From assembly GCA_964036045.1 (NCBI GenBank), contig OZ038378.1, forward strand, positions 24,056,001-24,120,000: a DNA stretch of 64,000 nt, read 5' to 3'. This DNA is from Eutreptiella sp. 'Long Island Sound 2002' (Eukaryota; Protista; Euglenida). Both the position numbers and the translations under genes were made by a program. The notes under the pieces are model-generated. The model was not told the origin of the DNA, did no database searches, and saw nothing but the letters and a program-made list of their open reading frames with translations. Shown one piece after another: positions 36,100 to 49,553 of the stretch (its first letter is position 1; every line of letters begins with the position of its first letter).

Positions 36100-36777
36100 A
36101 TGCCAAAGCGGCTCTTTAGCAAACAAGATAATGAAGATTCGTCAACGAAAACTTCCCGGATTGGCCCAAGCCTTTGGAAACGCAAAGCGGTGGCTGGGGA
36201 GTACGAGATCCAAAGTTTGTCCAAGTTAGCGTTCATCGAGCGGCGGAAGCACCCACATCGCTTCCGGCTCGTTAAGAACGGGAAAGTCATCAGCTTTTAC
36301 AACACACAACAGGAGATGAGCGAAGCCTTAGCGAAGATGTCCTCCAGCCCAAGTGACGCCGAGTTGATCACCAAGCTTCAAGCACTCAGCACGCAATCGA
36401 GTCTCTCGGACCGTGGCGACACGCACCCAGGCAGAGGCGCCACGGCCCCCAATCACGCGAGCAATGGGCTGCCCGATTTTGATGAGGCCGTCACCATACA
36501 GCCAGACCGCCGCGGCACGCTGGACCCAGGCGACGCTGCCGAAAGACCAGTGACGTACTCCCACCCGCCCGCCTCTCGTGCCATCGGAGTTGTGGCTGAC
36601 TTTGATGAGGCCGTGACTGTGATGCCGGACCGCCGCCGGACTATGGACTCCGACGATAATCCACCCCGACCAACTGCAGTCCCGCAGAAAAGTGACGCCG
36701 AGCTCATTGCTGAATTTGACGAGGCCATTACCCTGGGGCCGGATCGCCGCCCGAGTGTTCACTCTGATGCCGCTTGA
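36100..36777 (+). CDS. Single-exon orphan protein (225 aa) with three FDEA(V/I)T..PDRR repeats
   Basis: Uninterrupted ORF from ATG 36100 (AAAATG) after a pyrimidine-rich stretch. The repeats are conserved at protein level but differ at synonymous positions. Confidence 0.6.
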   Translation: MPKRLFSKQDNEDSSTKTSRIGPSLWKRKAVAGEYEIQSLSKLAFIERRKHPHRFRLVKNGKVISFYNTQQEMSEALAKMSSSPSDAELITKLQALSTQSSLSDRGDTHPGRGATAPNHASNGLPDFDEAVTIQPDRRGTLDPGDAAERPVTYSHPPASRAIGVVADFDEAVTVMPDRRRTMDSDDNPPRPTAVPQKSDAELIAEFDEAITLGPDRRPSVHSDAA

Positions 36778-37049
36778 CCAGAGTAATTGCACACTGGCCT
36801 GCAGTTAGCTTGCTCCCAGATGCCGAAGGGGTTTCCACTGCAGCCCCATTCCTGTTTGGCAGTTTGGACATGCACCGTGCGCACCGCGCGCACTTCTGAG
36901 ATGGGTGGCATACCAGACAGTGTTTCAGCGCGGCTTGGGGTTCATGGACACGGATGGGGCAAAAACTCGAGGGGATGGGCAGTGGAAGGGGGCATGGGGG
37001 TGGAAACGCATTATTGAGTCATGCGAACTGATCTGCTGTCCAGAGTTCA

Positions 37050-37330
37050 ACGAAACAGTTCGGTGATGCAATGCTACCGTCAGTATGTACGCCGGAGGCG
37101 CTGATTTTTCCAGATTGCTAGCGCGCCCGTACTCGGTCAGTTGATCCACACCATAGTGACACGTGCCATGGACGAACCTCAGGCCACGGTCCTGGTGCAC
37201 AGTACGTGCTGGCTGGAAGTTGAATTGGAAGTTGCAAGATCGCCAATGAACAACTGAGAAAGGGCACCCCCTTCCCAACCCAGCCTGGTACAGTGGGCGC
37301 CAGAGGAAAAAATTTTCCATACTTTGCCTT
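37050..37330 (-). pseudogene. LINE reverse-transcriptase fragment (motifs 4-6)
   Basis: GLGRGCPFSVV (G.QGCPLSP-like), LRFV at the expected YxDD position (decayed), NLEKS. Confidence 0.55.
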
Positions 37331-38963
37331 TGGGTCAGGTCAGGTGGTGAGTGAGTGATTCCACGACCCCCCGCACCCCAAGTCGTGGTGGGACATTTGT
37401 GGGTCTCTGTGTTTTCCCAAAATCTGGGTGGGTGAGTCTGTGAACCCCCCCCCCCCGCCCATGGATAAGCCATACACATGGCACAGTAGGGGCATGCATA
37501 GCTCCTGCACAAATGCACGAGACACCGGGGCCACACATTGGCTCCTGCACGAAGCCGTGGGACAGGTCATGTGCAGCCCTTTCACAAGACATAGGGCAGT
37601 GGGAGCACTCATCGCTTCTGCCCAATTACACAGCGCAGCAGGGGCACACATTGGGCCTGCGCATGCACATAGGACAGAGGGGCTACAAACAGCACCTGCA
37701 CATATTGATGGGGACAGTGCACACATATGGCTTCTGCGCAAGTGCATCAGACCATTGGGGCAGGCATAGCTGCCATGTGCCCCGTGGGGTCAGAGCCCTC
37801 CGCGCTAATCTGTTTTCCAAAAGTTCAGTGCCCCGGCCCTCTTTCCAATCGTTGGCATGCCGGATGGTCCATTGCCTGCCCTCAGTTCAGGGGTGAGACG
37901 GTGCCCCTGCCATTTTACCTTTGGGCCGGGCTTTGGCTTCTTGGGGTGTGCGTTGTGGTGAACAGAGTGACACACTGGGGGTATGATGACGTATGCAAGG
38001 ATTTGTGAGAGATGATTTTTATGGTCCGCTCCCTGAGGCCAAAACGTGCATCGACCTTTTGCTCATGTTTGGTCTTTGGAATTCGAATGGGGCTGGATGT
38101 GCAATCCAACGGCTTTTGGAGCATTTGGTCTGGTCAGTCATCCTTCGATCACGTCCTGGTGTCCAACTTCAAAGTCATGTTGGGGTCCCGGCCTATGGGG
38201 ATCCCGAAGAAACAGCCGATTTGTAGTTCGGCCGCAGTGGCCTGTGCAATGTGCAGGACGTCCTTTGCATGACACCCTGTACCTGCAGATTGCCCAAAAC
38301 GTCCTCGACTCCCACAGCTCGTTGTAGAAAGTTCTCAGCCCCCCCCCCCCAACCCAAGAGGCTACAGACTCTGCAGCTGCTGAGGAATGCAAAGTTGCTA
38401 CTCGGCATTGCGAAATCCCAGCACAAAGTGGCACTGTTGCCGGGAGCCCCAGATGTGCGACTCCTACATCACCATGCGCACCGCATGTGCAGCGTGCTGG
38501 CACTCCCCCTTGAGGCCCTTCCCGGAGCATTCGCAAAAAGCGGGCGGGGTGTTCCCAAACCTCCACATGCCCACCACCCCCTCCATAGGACCGCTACCTC
38601 CTGCTGCAGTTCACTGACAGGTCAAAAAACGCCGATGGTATACACCTGCGTGGTGAAATTGCAACGGTGTTGGCAGCAGCCCCAGGGTGACGCATCTGGA
38701 TTGTCTAGTGCTGGCCAGGGCAGGGCAGGAAACAACTGCCCTGGCACAAGCTGCGTACTTCGTGACCAAGTGAGAAAGATCACTGCAGGAGGGCACTTCG
38801 GTGCCTTGGTGACATCTCCATCGGCAAACGAGGGTGGCACAAGGAGCGTGCCCCCCCCCCCTGCCCACCCCTACACTGTCAAGAAACCCCAGTGAGACGC
38901 GCAAGTGGTGGCCGCAACCGCACAGGCCTGAAAACGGACCAGCGTTGCTGTCATCTATCCATC

Positions 38964-40987
38964 GGGGGAGCGTCAGCATGCCGGGCGCGCGCCAGGCATC
39001 TTTTTGGGCCACTGTTGATACGAAGCCCTAATCCATGCTTTTGGCATGGCCCCTTTCCAGTTGGGGATATGGACCAGCCCCTTTCTAGTCGGGGATATGG
39101 ACTGGCCCCTTTCCGTAAAAATGGATTCTTCCAGCAATTGGTTTACCAAAAGCTCATGAACTCTCTGCCTCCCTCCCCCCCTTCTTCGTCTCTCTGTCTT
39201 GTTTCTCTCAAGTGGCCAAGTGGTCAAGCAAATTTCTCCCCTTTCCACCACACTGCGTCTTTGCTTTGGCTACAGAGTCCATTATGAATTCTGCCTTGAT
39301 GTTGTGGCCCATTCCTGATTTGCTTAATTTGTGCCTCCTGGTGTTGCCCATGCCTTACCCCTTTTGGCAACTACCATGTTTGTGTCCAACATTTGGCATC
39401 ACCCCCATTCTAGACATTAATGCAGGGCTGAAGGTGACTGATGCAGTGTAGGCAATGGATGCCACTTACCTGTGGTGATAGGATGCCCAATGATTGATTG
39501 CATCACAATAGGGGCTGCCAAAATGCTTCATCCATCAAGGACACCGACTTCTAAACAGACAATTTTATTGATGAGCTGCCACTTGGTCCAAATGGCCGAA
39601 AGATGAATTTCAAGACCGAGACGCTTGGTTCGACAAGTTGTTGCATGGCAGAGGTGTGGGTTTTGTGAACAAAAGATAGGCAGTTCCCAACAATTACTTT
39701 TCTCGGGAACCATTCACCGCTTTGAGGAGAGGAGGTGACCTTCACATTGCGCTCCTTTTTATCTATCACAACATCTAGTATCAACCTTTTTGTACCGGTA
39801 TCTAACGCCGGAATCGGCGTGGTGCAATCTGCGGACGACTGGGACGATTAAGGCTGGAATCAGCTTTGCGATTGTTGTTCTTCTCGAAATCCTGTTTTCA
39901 TAGTCTCCTTCACCGCTTGCCTCACTCATGCCATTTTCTCTTTTAGGCGGGTGTCACAGAACGGTCACATGAAATAACAAAGCATACTTGTGGCACAAAG
40001 GCAAAGCAAAGTGCCTGTAGGCAATGTATAAACTAGGTACCGCTGAGACAATTCCGCAGTGACGGATGAGACCATTGGAATGTTTGGCAAGGTTATGCAT
40101 TGAGATTCCTTCGGATTAATGCCCACACAGAAGTTGCTTATACATACCACACACAACATTGGCGGCTGAGCACCATTACCCAAGGCCTAATTAGGTGTTG
40201 GAGGAGTCATAAGAAATACAAATATCTACATATCGGGATGAGTAAACTCATCCTGATCAGACTCTTCTCGGACGATCTCATTATCTGCATCAGGATTGTT
40301 AGAATCCCTAAGCTTGCTTCCCAATCCGTAGCCGGAACTCCCCGACGCTAGGTCAGGGATATGGACTGGCCCTGTCCGGTTGGGATATGGGCTGGCCCCT
40401 TGCCGGTTGGGTTATGGACCGGCCCCTTTGTGGTATAGGGCACACATTGAGCATTTGTTTGGGCAGTTGTGGTTGGGGTTTGGTTAGGAACATCTAGCGT
40501 GGCGGCCCCAATGAGTTGCACCAGTCCGTGCATGTTTTGTTGTATTTCACTCAATTTTGCATTCGAAGGCAGGTCCATCACCCTCCTTATAGACTATGGG
40601 ACCATGTCCCGCCTCATGTTTGGACTGATAAAAGCAACTTGGCCGCCATGCAAGATGAGGGAGAGAATGAGGCAAATGTGTGTGCCTTGTGTTGTCCGAA
40701 GCGCTCCACCATCACAGGTTGTGGTGAGTGCTGGGAGCATTATTGTGATGAATGTATTGATGCCCATACTAGTGGGGAACAAGTCGTTTATTAGCCAATA
40801 CATGAGTAATACACATTGATGTTGAAATTCTCCATTTCGCATTATGCAGCGTGCTTTGTAGGGAGGGTTTGCAGTCCACTCTGGTCAACTTGGAGGGCTC
40901 CTCTAGGGGAGGGTAGATCCGGGGTTAAAGTCAGGATGGTTAATACAAAAGTAGCGTGCCGGGCGCACACCGGGCAAACGCCCCCCC
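38964..40987. mobile_element. Old non-autonomous TIR element (GGGGG...CCCCC), related to 45624-46735
   Basis: Imperfect 13-bp TIRs; flanks ATC/ATT. Left end (GCCGGGCGCGCGCC.GGCATCTTTTT) and ~150-bp right end are shared with 45624-46735. Confidence 0.5.
39200..39530. repeat. Dispersed repeat homologous to 59500-60010
   Basis: Shared blocks such as CACCACACTGCGTCT.TGCTTTGGC and GAAGGTGAC.GATGCAG.GTAG...GGGGCTGCCAAAATG. Confidence 0.7.
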
Positions 40988-42156
40988 ATTGAGTCCTTCA
41001 GCAATGATGCTTTCAGCGATATCCGCAATGCTTGCAGCTCCCCACAAGGTTTGGCTTAGTACCTTCCCTCCCCCAAACCCCATGGCCCGCCCGAAAACAT
41101 CCTCAGCACACAATGTTCTGCGCTATATTGTGTCATGAGGTGAGGGTTTTGCACATCATGCTGGGGCATGAAATTTCGTGCCACGGGCAAAGTACATGCA
41201 CTGAGTAAAGTTTTGTACTATGCTGCCATTTTTTGCGTCAGTTATGGTGTCACCCCGCCTTACTTCGCCTGAGTTTGGAGATCTGTTGTCTTTTTTGGGA
41301 TTCGCACATATTCACACCTTTCGTTTGCGGGATGCAAAGGATTCCCTCAAACAAAACAGGAGGCGAACACATGTGATGCCCGCCAGATTCATGTGTGATT
41401 GTGGTTGTGGTTCCTTGCCCCAACACTTTGACATATGGCCCCTATCTTCCAACGGAATACAAATGAAGCAACGTTCTTTGAAGTCAATGAACGACCCTAG
41501 AGGGAGTGTTTGTCTCGATCATCACCCTCCTCCTCTGCTGAACGCTGTTAATCTCCTGCGACAGTATGGAAATGGTGGGCAGTTCTGGGCCTCTGCTGCA
41601 CCAATTAATGAGGCTGAGCGACCCTCCCCTGACCGCAGCCTCACTATCGGATTCTGTGCCACATTTTGTCGGGTGAGGCCGGGCCGTATTCTCTGTGTTG
41701 GAGCCTTGCTGTGAACAGAGCAAAGGTGGGTCACTTTGTGCAGGTTCACCTGCGCTGTGGGCGCATGTTTCAAAACACGTGTGTCTCCCACAACCGATAA
41801 GTGTGACTCCAAACGCACATGGGGTCGCACTTACTAAAAATCTGGAGGGGTGTTACTTTCAAGCCTGCTCCACAAACAGTGCTGATGGTGACATTGGGCA
41901 AGGCGAGATTGCCGTTTGCTTGCCCAGAACAGGCGGTTGATTCACTGCTGCTGTGGTCAGCCCCATGCCGACCACCGCGTGCTGCATCAAGCCAGAAACT
42001 GAGTTACCGGACTTACCGGACGGCCCCAATTTTGCCCTCGGCCACTTCAGGTGAATTATGCTTCCCTGAGGTGACCTGGCCAGGGCTGCGCACAGGTAAC
42101 GTCAAGGTGTAAACTCGTTGGTGCATTGTCGCATGCTGTACCGTGCGCACCATATT

Positions 42157-42256
42157 GTGTCGTGTCGTGTCGTGTCGTGTCGTGTCGTGTCGTGTCGTGT
42201 CGTGTCGTGTCGTGTCGTGTCGTGTCGTGTCGTGTCGTGTCGTGTCGTGTTGTGTC
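42157..42256. repeat. (GTGTC)n pentanucleotide microsatellite
   Basis: About 19-20 near-perfect units. Confidence 0.98.
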
Positions 42257-45200
42257 ATCATCTTGTGCTATCCTCATCGCAGGACACAGCACTCAACAGT
42301 ACCACCCCCCTCACTGCAGCAGATGCCAGTTGGCCATCTGAAACGCAGCTTTGGAAAGTGGACACAGCCCATTGGCCCAGGTATTATTCACACACGACTG
42401 CTGTTTTACTGAGCGTTCCTGGTTTTTGTCGTGGCTACACATGATGCCCTCCTAAAGCCCCTGCATACATCAGCAATCGCCCCCCCCCCCCCGTTTGGCT
42501 TTGACAGGCACAGGTTTAGGAAAAGGACAAAAACGCATGGGCAGCTTCGAAGCACCATTTGAAGTGCTCCTGCAAGCCTGAACTTTCAAAGGCTGTGTTT
42601 AAGAATGTCTCGTAGTTCAGTATGCATTCCTGCATATGCTGCAGCAAGAAGACCGTCCAATGCATCGTGACCTTTGGTCTCCATATCCTGCTTCAAGATC
42701 TCAAGCGGCAAGGGACTTCCCACGCCTGTGATCTGACGCGAGGTGCTCTGTCAATCCAGTAGAATTTATGGGGTATGCACGGCTACAAAAAGGCATTTCC
42801 ATATCCTCCATTGGGAGCAGCTGCATTTCGACATTTTGCCCTGGGCGTTGACACTTCGGTGTGCTTGTTTCGCTTTGCTTTCCTTTGACAGAAGGGACCG
42901 TGCGCCCCAAAAACACAGGTGAGTTGCTCAAGGGGTTAAAAAAAAAGCATCAGAATGGGTCCCGTGTGTGCTGACCGCCGGTGAGTAATTGCATTTTGGG
43001 GTGTAGGCCGACAGACGTACATGACTGCGGAGGTGGGTACACGCAGTACCGTTGTGCTGTGCCTTGCTCAGGGAGCGTCCATCCACTCCCGCCATCGTTG
43101 GGCTCTAAACATGCATCATACCCAAGCAGCACCTGGACCCCGAGAGCAGGTGTGCAGGTACTTTTACGCCCATCACAGTCTGAAAAAAATCGTTTCACAA
43201 GTTGAAGCTTTCACGATTTTACAAAATTTTGCACTTCGATTGTTTTTTTTTTTTGCAGAGTTTGGGGGGGGGGTCGGTGCAACAGACACAATATCGTGCA
43301 GGGCTTTGTCCACTGGAATCGTTGGTGTTGAAGCTGGTTTGAAAAAATCTGTGCCGTATTCAGCCCTGCCATTTGCGGGCATGAGGAGGTGTTGGGCTTG
43401 CTGTCATACCGATTGGCACAGAGCATGGCGCTGTGCTCGCTCACCCAGGCACAAAGAAATGTTGTTGCAAAACAACAGCACAAAATATTGGAACGAGTGG
43501 TTGGCACCTGTCATTCCTGGAATCGTTTCGTCGGTTGTTCCACCTTTCTTCAAGCCGTGTGTTTCTTCTTCTGGTACCGTGGTGCTGGGAGACTATTCTC
43601 TTTACGGATCCGCTTTCTTTTCTATGTCGGTGATGCTCTGCAGTCATCGCATATTTATGATGCACAACGTGTGCAGCCACACTCCCTCGCAGATTGAACT
43701 GGTGTGAAACAATAAACACGTTTGACCCAAGACGTTGTGCACCAGAAATATGGGAAGCTCCAAGGTGCTGCAGCTGTTCGAAACCTCATGATCCCGTGTG
43801 ACTGAAGTTTCGGTCACATTCATTACATCGTGTGTCTTTGCTCAAACAATTAATCCTGTGGATGTGCTGCGCCAGCCTGTTGCCCTCTGATCCCCCCCTT
43901 TCCGATCACCCATGCCCCCAGTGCTGAGCCAGGCACTGTGATGCAGCCACTTTCAGTCAGAATCCGCGGTGTGCCATGGCTGTTCTGCCCAGCGTTTGAG
44001 GCTATGTTCCGGGCACAACTGCTGTTCGCTTGTGCCGCTGGGCCGCTGGGGCAAACAGGGGGTGGTGCCTAAGGCATGGTGCCCCAGCAGTATTGCAGTC
44101 TCAGTAGTATTGCAGGGTTTTTGGAAGGGTAATTTGCCACACAAGTCACTGCTGGGCTGTTTAGATGCCAAGAATTTGAAGTAGTGGTCATGTTGAATTC
44201 CGCCAGGGCAGGATGCAGTTTCTTAATGTTGCCTTGGCAAATCGCTCTGGGCATCAATTGAGCGCTGAGGGTTTTGTTGTTCCATTTTATGTGCCATTAG
44301 CATATGTCATGCCTGTTTTGAGTCTCCTCCCACACACACAAAGGCCATCAAGGCAGAAAATGTTTCCAATTGGCTACATCTTGCAATCGGTGTCCACTAA
44401 TCTGTGCTGTATGCCATTTTGCAACCCATCCGACCAGTGAGCGGGATATGTTTGGTATTTCCTTCTTGTCGGCAATACCTCACTTTCTCAAATTATTGGT
44501 AGCTGTGGCAAAGTACAAAGTTTTTTGAATGCACTATGTTCTGATCTGCCTTTTGCAGCATCTTGTTGGGTGTTCATCCAACGTCTCATTTTTGCAACTT
44601 AGTGGTGGCCAAAAGGGAGCCGAGAGGTAACTGATTTGCCACCTCAGACTGCAGCTGCAGCTTGAATGCCGGCGTTCCATGTGGTTGTGTTTTGCTGTTT
44701 GTGCAATTTTTTTTTGCATATATTGTCGCGTGTGTTGTTGGGGTGGGTTCAGGGTTGGTATGGGGGTATATGTACCTTTAGGACGTGGTGAATTTTTTCT
44801 TTGGGTAACCAGTTCGCTGTGTGCAGGGCTCGGGTACCACCCCCTCCACAAGGTGGAATGAATGCGGACTACTGCAGTAACATACAACAATCAAGAGTGG
44901 GTCATGCTTTCGTGGGGTGCGGGTTTGGGTTGGATCTTGTCTGAAGATCGTGAGGCTAGCTTCATTGGAACAGAATGCAGTGTTTTGGATAGATTTGAGC
45001 TCGGCTGTGACTGCATGGGCTGTGTTGGTGTGTGGGTGATGTGTTGGAAGAGGGGGGTAGGGATGATTTTGCTGGTTCCATTTGCAAATGAAATGTTCGC
45101 GGCGTTTGGGGGGAGGGGATGCAAGGAAATGCAGGAGAAACATGCATTGATTACGGGCTTGAGAGATTTGTTGCGCGTAATCAGGGCATCGAAGATTGAT

Positions 45201-45804
45201 TGCGGTATCAAAGGCTGCAAACTGGGTGCAAGCAGGAAGGATGTGTGGAGGGACATGGAGCAGATGTAATTACGCTTGTCCCCTGGTGTTGCGGTTTTTT
45301 CTGTCCACCATTTTTTGGCTTCTGCTTCGAAACTGGGGGGCCAGCAGGCGTGGAAATCATCCCGTAAAGCTGCTGTTTTTTTGCAGAAGGTGAGGTCATA
45401 TAGGGGTAAAGCGTCCATGTGCCATCACCTGTGCCTACATCACGGTACGTACACACAACCAGCCACAACTAGCCACAACCACATTCCTTGCATCTACAGA
45501 TGTATGTTCATAGTGCATGAGAGAATCACATCCACAGGATGGAGTTCATGGCTGCAGAAAATGTCCAACAGAGGACAAGCAACAGTCTTTGCAGCCAGTG
45601 ATAGGATTAAAATGCGAGCATATGGGGGAACGTTAGTGCGCCGGGCGCGCGCCGGGCATCTTTTTTGACCCGTGCCCCACCGGTGACCTTTTAGGGGGTG
45701 CACTAAGTGCGGTGCGTGCGCAGTGCAACTATTTGGACGTCTAGCCGTCCTAGAACCCCATACTTTGTGATACTATGGGCAATATTGTTGTTTGACAACG
45801 GGTA

Positions 45805-46186
45805 CCCCCCCCCCCCCTTGCGCATGCACGGCCTTGTCTAAGCACGGGGTGGGCGTTGAACCGCCGTTTTGAGGAAATTTAGGGACCGCTGTTTTTGTAG
45901 TCCAGAATGGAGGATTGGGTGTCTGTAGAGTGTTTGTACAGGGAAAGAGGGGCTCATTCATGTCTGTGATGGTGCGTTCTGTTCATAACAACATTGTACT
46001 ACACATTGGAACCCCATGCTGCTTGTTCTGATGTGATTTTCAGCCCTGGCTAACAATGTTATTCCTGGTCTGGCTGTCACATGTGTCACGCGCATGCACG
46101 GCCTTGTCTAAGCACGGGGTGGGCGTTGAACCGCCGTTTTGGCCTGACTTCTGGGACCGCGGCCGTGCTTGCGCAAGGGGGGGGGG
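45805..46186. mobile_element. MITE (382 bp) with TA TSD and poly-C/poly-G ends
   Basis: TA-C13-TTGCGCATGCACGGCC ... GGCCGTGCTTGCGCAA-G10-TA; ~50-bp internal direct repeat (45822-45871 / 46092-46141). Confidence 0.75.
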
Positions 46187-46300
46187 TATTTTGATGCTTC
46201 TTTCACATTCGGGATATGGTATATTTAGATTCTCACCCAGTTTCACCAATTTTCTTCCATTTTTTGCTCGTTTCCACCACATCCACTCCTTGCTAGGTTG

Positions 46301-46400
46301 ATTTCTCCCCACCATGGGGACCCCAAGAAAGCAGGGGTAATGTAGCCATATTGATTTCTCCCCACCATGGGGACCCCGAGAAGGCAGGGGTGATGTAGCG
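46301..46400. repeat. ~53-bp tandem duplication
   Basis: GATTTCTCCCCACCATGGGGACCCC.AGAA.GCAGGGGT.ATGTAGC occurs twice. Confidence 0.85.
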
Positions 46401-49400
46401 AATACTGAGTTTGCGCTTCGTTCTTGTGACGTGAGGCAGAAACGCCGTCGAAACTGCTTGCGGCTTGGGGACTCATTACCACAGCGAAATCTATGCGAAA
46501 GGTGAAGGCAAAGTACCATTTGTTTAGTACAATACAAATGACATTTGGAGTTGTTGAATTCACAGCTATTGTCTAATTATGCAACGTGCTTTGTAGGGAA
46601 GGTGCGCAGTACATCATGGTCTATTTGGGGGGGCCTTCTCCATCAGAGGGTAAATCTCGGGCTGAAGTCGGGATAGTTAATAGAAAGGTAGCGCGCCGGG
46701 CGCGCGCCGGGTGCGCGCCGGGCAAACATTCCCCCTATGTACAGCACAGAGGAGGTAATGAAGTATTGCATTGGTATAAGGGAGTATGGGAGATGTGGTG
46801 TGTCCGAACGGATTGTAAGGGTATGGGTGTTGATATTGACCCAGAAAATTTTCAGGCTGCCATGAGAGGTATTTTTGGCAGACTAAAGCGATGTGACAAA
46901 ACTGCTTTTTGGACCTGGTTCGCACTCGCTCTCTCTGATGGGTCTGTTTGTTGACTGTCATTCTCACTCGCGGTATCCACACTCCCGTCCCTCCCAATCC
47001 CCTCATCACATGTCATCATCACAGAGAGCATAAAGCTGGGGGGAAGCGGGCAGTGTTCCAGTCATCAGCAGAAGACCAGAGGAATGGAGACAAAATAGGG
47101 GAAGCCTGGATGGCATGGTATCAAGAGGCACAACAGAGAGTCCACCTGTGCGCGCAGAATCCCATCCTGTGGACAGAGGTGCAGGAATCACTGAGGGCAT
47201 AGAACAGATTGTTAGTAAATGCACCTGATGCACATCTGCGCAGGATTGTGAGGCTCGCGAAGCTACCTGCAGACTCCCCACCTTGCCACAGAGCAGGTTG
47301 CAATATATGCGATGCTTGGGCCATGGTGTCCCTATGTAGGACAGCTGAGGGCGACCAAGGAGGGATCGTGCCCCCCAATCAAAGGATGGTCAGAGCATGT
47401 AAGTAAGGCAAAAGCATTGGTTGGGAGATACCTAGGACATAAACATAGGAGTTTGCGCACATTCAAAGGGTTTGGGAGGTCCCCCTCTTTGGCCATAGTC
47501 CTTGCAATGCAAGGAGCAGCCACGGGGGGGAATGATTCTGCGACAGAGCACGCCAACTGAGAATGCATGCCAGCTAGAGAATGGGTGGGAAAGTCCCTTG
47601 CACCTACCACCAATCAGATTGCACCAAGAATGGTATTTGCCAACGTGCTATGGGAATGGGTGGTCAACAAGGCACTGAACCCAAACAGATGCAGAGCGAT
47701 GGCAGCAAAAGTCAATACGGTACTAACTGCACAGAATTACACGGTCTCGGTGAATGACTTATGCCATTTGGTACGGGTATCTTAGGGCTATTTACAGCCC
47801 AAACAGTTTGAGAAACTGCGGCGGGTATGTACAAAAGGAATGGGGGTTGAGCTGGGGATACAGGAACCACGAAGACTGATAATGCTGATAATACTGATGG
47901 CCCCACCTGACCCCCTGAAAATTCATGTCCAGAGAAAAGTGCAGGGTTTGATCAACAAAACACATCGACCCAGGCAGGTCCAACGGCTGCTGGGATCCAT
48001 TGTCACATGTGCACCTGGTGCAAATACACGTGTGTGTGTGTGTGTGTGTGATGTGATGCGTGAAGATAGACAGACACGGGCACCTGAACGGGTGGCCAAG
48101 TCGAAGCATGCATGTGTGCAGCAGACGGTTGTGACATGGGAGGGGGTCTCAGAGCCAATTGGATATATACTGTGACCCACATGAGCGAAACAGATGAACG
48201 ATCCATCCTACATAGGATGCTGCACATCCGGGAAGGAGACCATTGCAGAGTGCAGCCTCATGGCAGACAATCTAGTATTGTAGAATGCACGCAAACATAT
48301 CGTATGCTAGCAAGCACAACAATGGCAAGCGGTCCTACATTGCAGAGAGTGAACCCGTTTTGCTGAGCACTCCAGACAGGCAGTGATTCCTAATGCATCT
48401 AAGCTGCAACATTGTGTGCAGAAAATGTGTGAGGCCATTTGAAACCTCATGATATACATGATAGACGGTGAAGAAAACGGTCGCATCTGTCGATGAGATT
48501 CAGATGTTTGGTGACAACTTGTACGCGGCTAATAGTACCTCCAAACTTGTGAAATCAAACCTCGGATTCTTTGTGTAAATAGATTGTTCTTGTATGTAAG
48601 AATCAAACAACTTATTAGGGATGTGCAAAGCATCCGAACCTTGCTTGGTCATAGAATCACTTGAATACGTGCCTCCTCATCTCCTCTGCTAGCCCTTCCG
48701 TTGTCACAGCAGCCAAGTCTGGCCCCAAAACGCAACTGATATTGCTAGGAATGTTCCATGGACCTTCCAGCCAACCCCCCGTGGGTAGCTCGGAAGACAT
48801 TTTGGTGTATTTGGTGGAAGCCAAAATTATTGCAACATTCCATGGAAACTCGATTTTACATTGGAAGCAATATGTGTTGTACTTCGTCAAAATGCTTCAT
48901 GCACTAACACATGATCCACAAAACTCACAAGAAACACGGGGTACAAGCCAAAGCACCTTGCTTGAAGAGTGGCAGGAAACCATCGATATCTCCACTCCGG
49001 AAACTCGCCCACATACAGATCTTTTTGTTTGGCCCTCACATCATGACGCGGCGGGGGAGAGGGCGTGGCGCCGTTGCGCTGACTCGAAAACTTTGTTCGT
49101 AGCAGGTGCAACATAGATTCAAAGTTGCTTTCTACTAACGGCACGAAGAAACACGTGTTGAACAAGGTGGAGATTTTCAAAACATCCATTTGTGGGCATG
49201 GTGGCGGTGAAACCTTAGTTTATGGATATAATTATAGTTTAGGCTACCGACTATGTTTTTCAGTTGATTGTCTCTAACGCATAATGGAGGGATGTGACAA
49301 AAAGGTGGGGGAGGGGCCCTAGTCTGCTGGCGTGCGTCCAATGCATCGTCTATTGAAGTACTGCCAGAAGTGAGAGTAGACGATATGCTTATTGAGGAGG

Positions 49401-49553
49401 TGGACCGCAATAGAGCAGACTGGAAGAAATGGGTGCTGGGACCGTACAAAGTACCGCTTCAGAGTGATACATACAAGAAGGATGTGGAGGAATGGGAAGA
49501 TAAGAATGCACAAAATCCTATTTGAAAATGATGATGAGGCATTGCAGTAGTTC

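Larger units (their letters stand above)
45624..46735. mobile_element. Non-autonomous TIR element with 3-bp TAT TSD (PIF/Harbinger-like)
   Basis: GGGGGAACGTTAG vs reverse complement GGGGGAATGTTTG (11/13); TAT at 45621-45623 and 46736-46738; contains a nested MITE. Confidence 0.65.

Noticed and set aside
42013-42444. ORFs with TRHDT / VSCRV repeats
   Set aside because: Translation artefacts of the (GTGTC)n microsatellite.
43021-43707. 228-aa ORF
   Set aside because: Runs through T and G homopolymers, has no motifs, and its composition is not protein-like.
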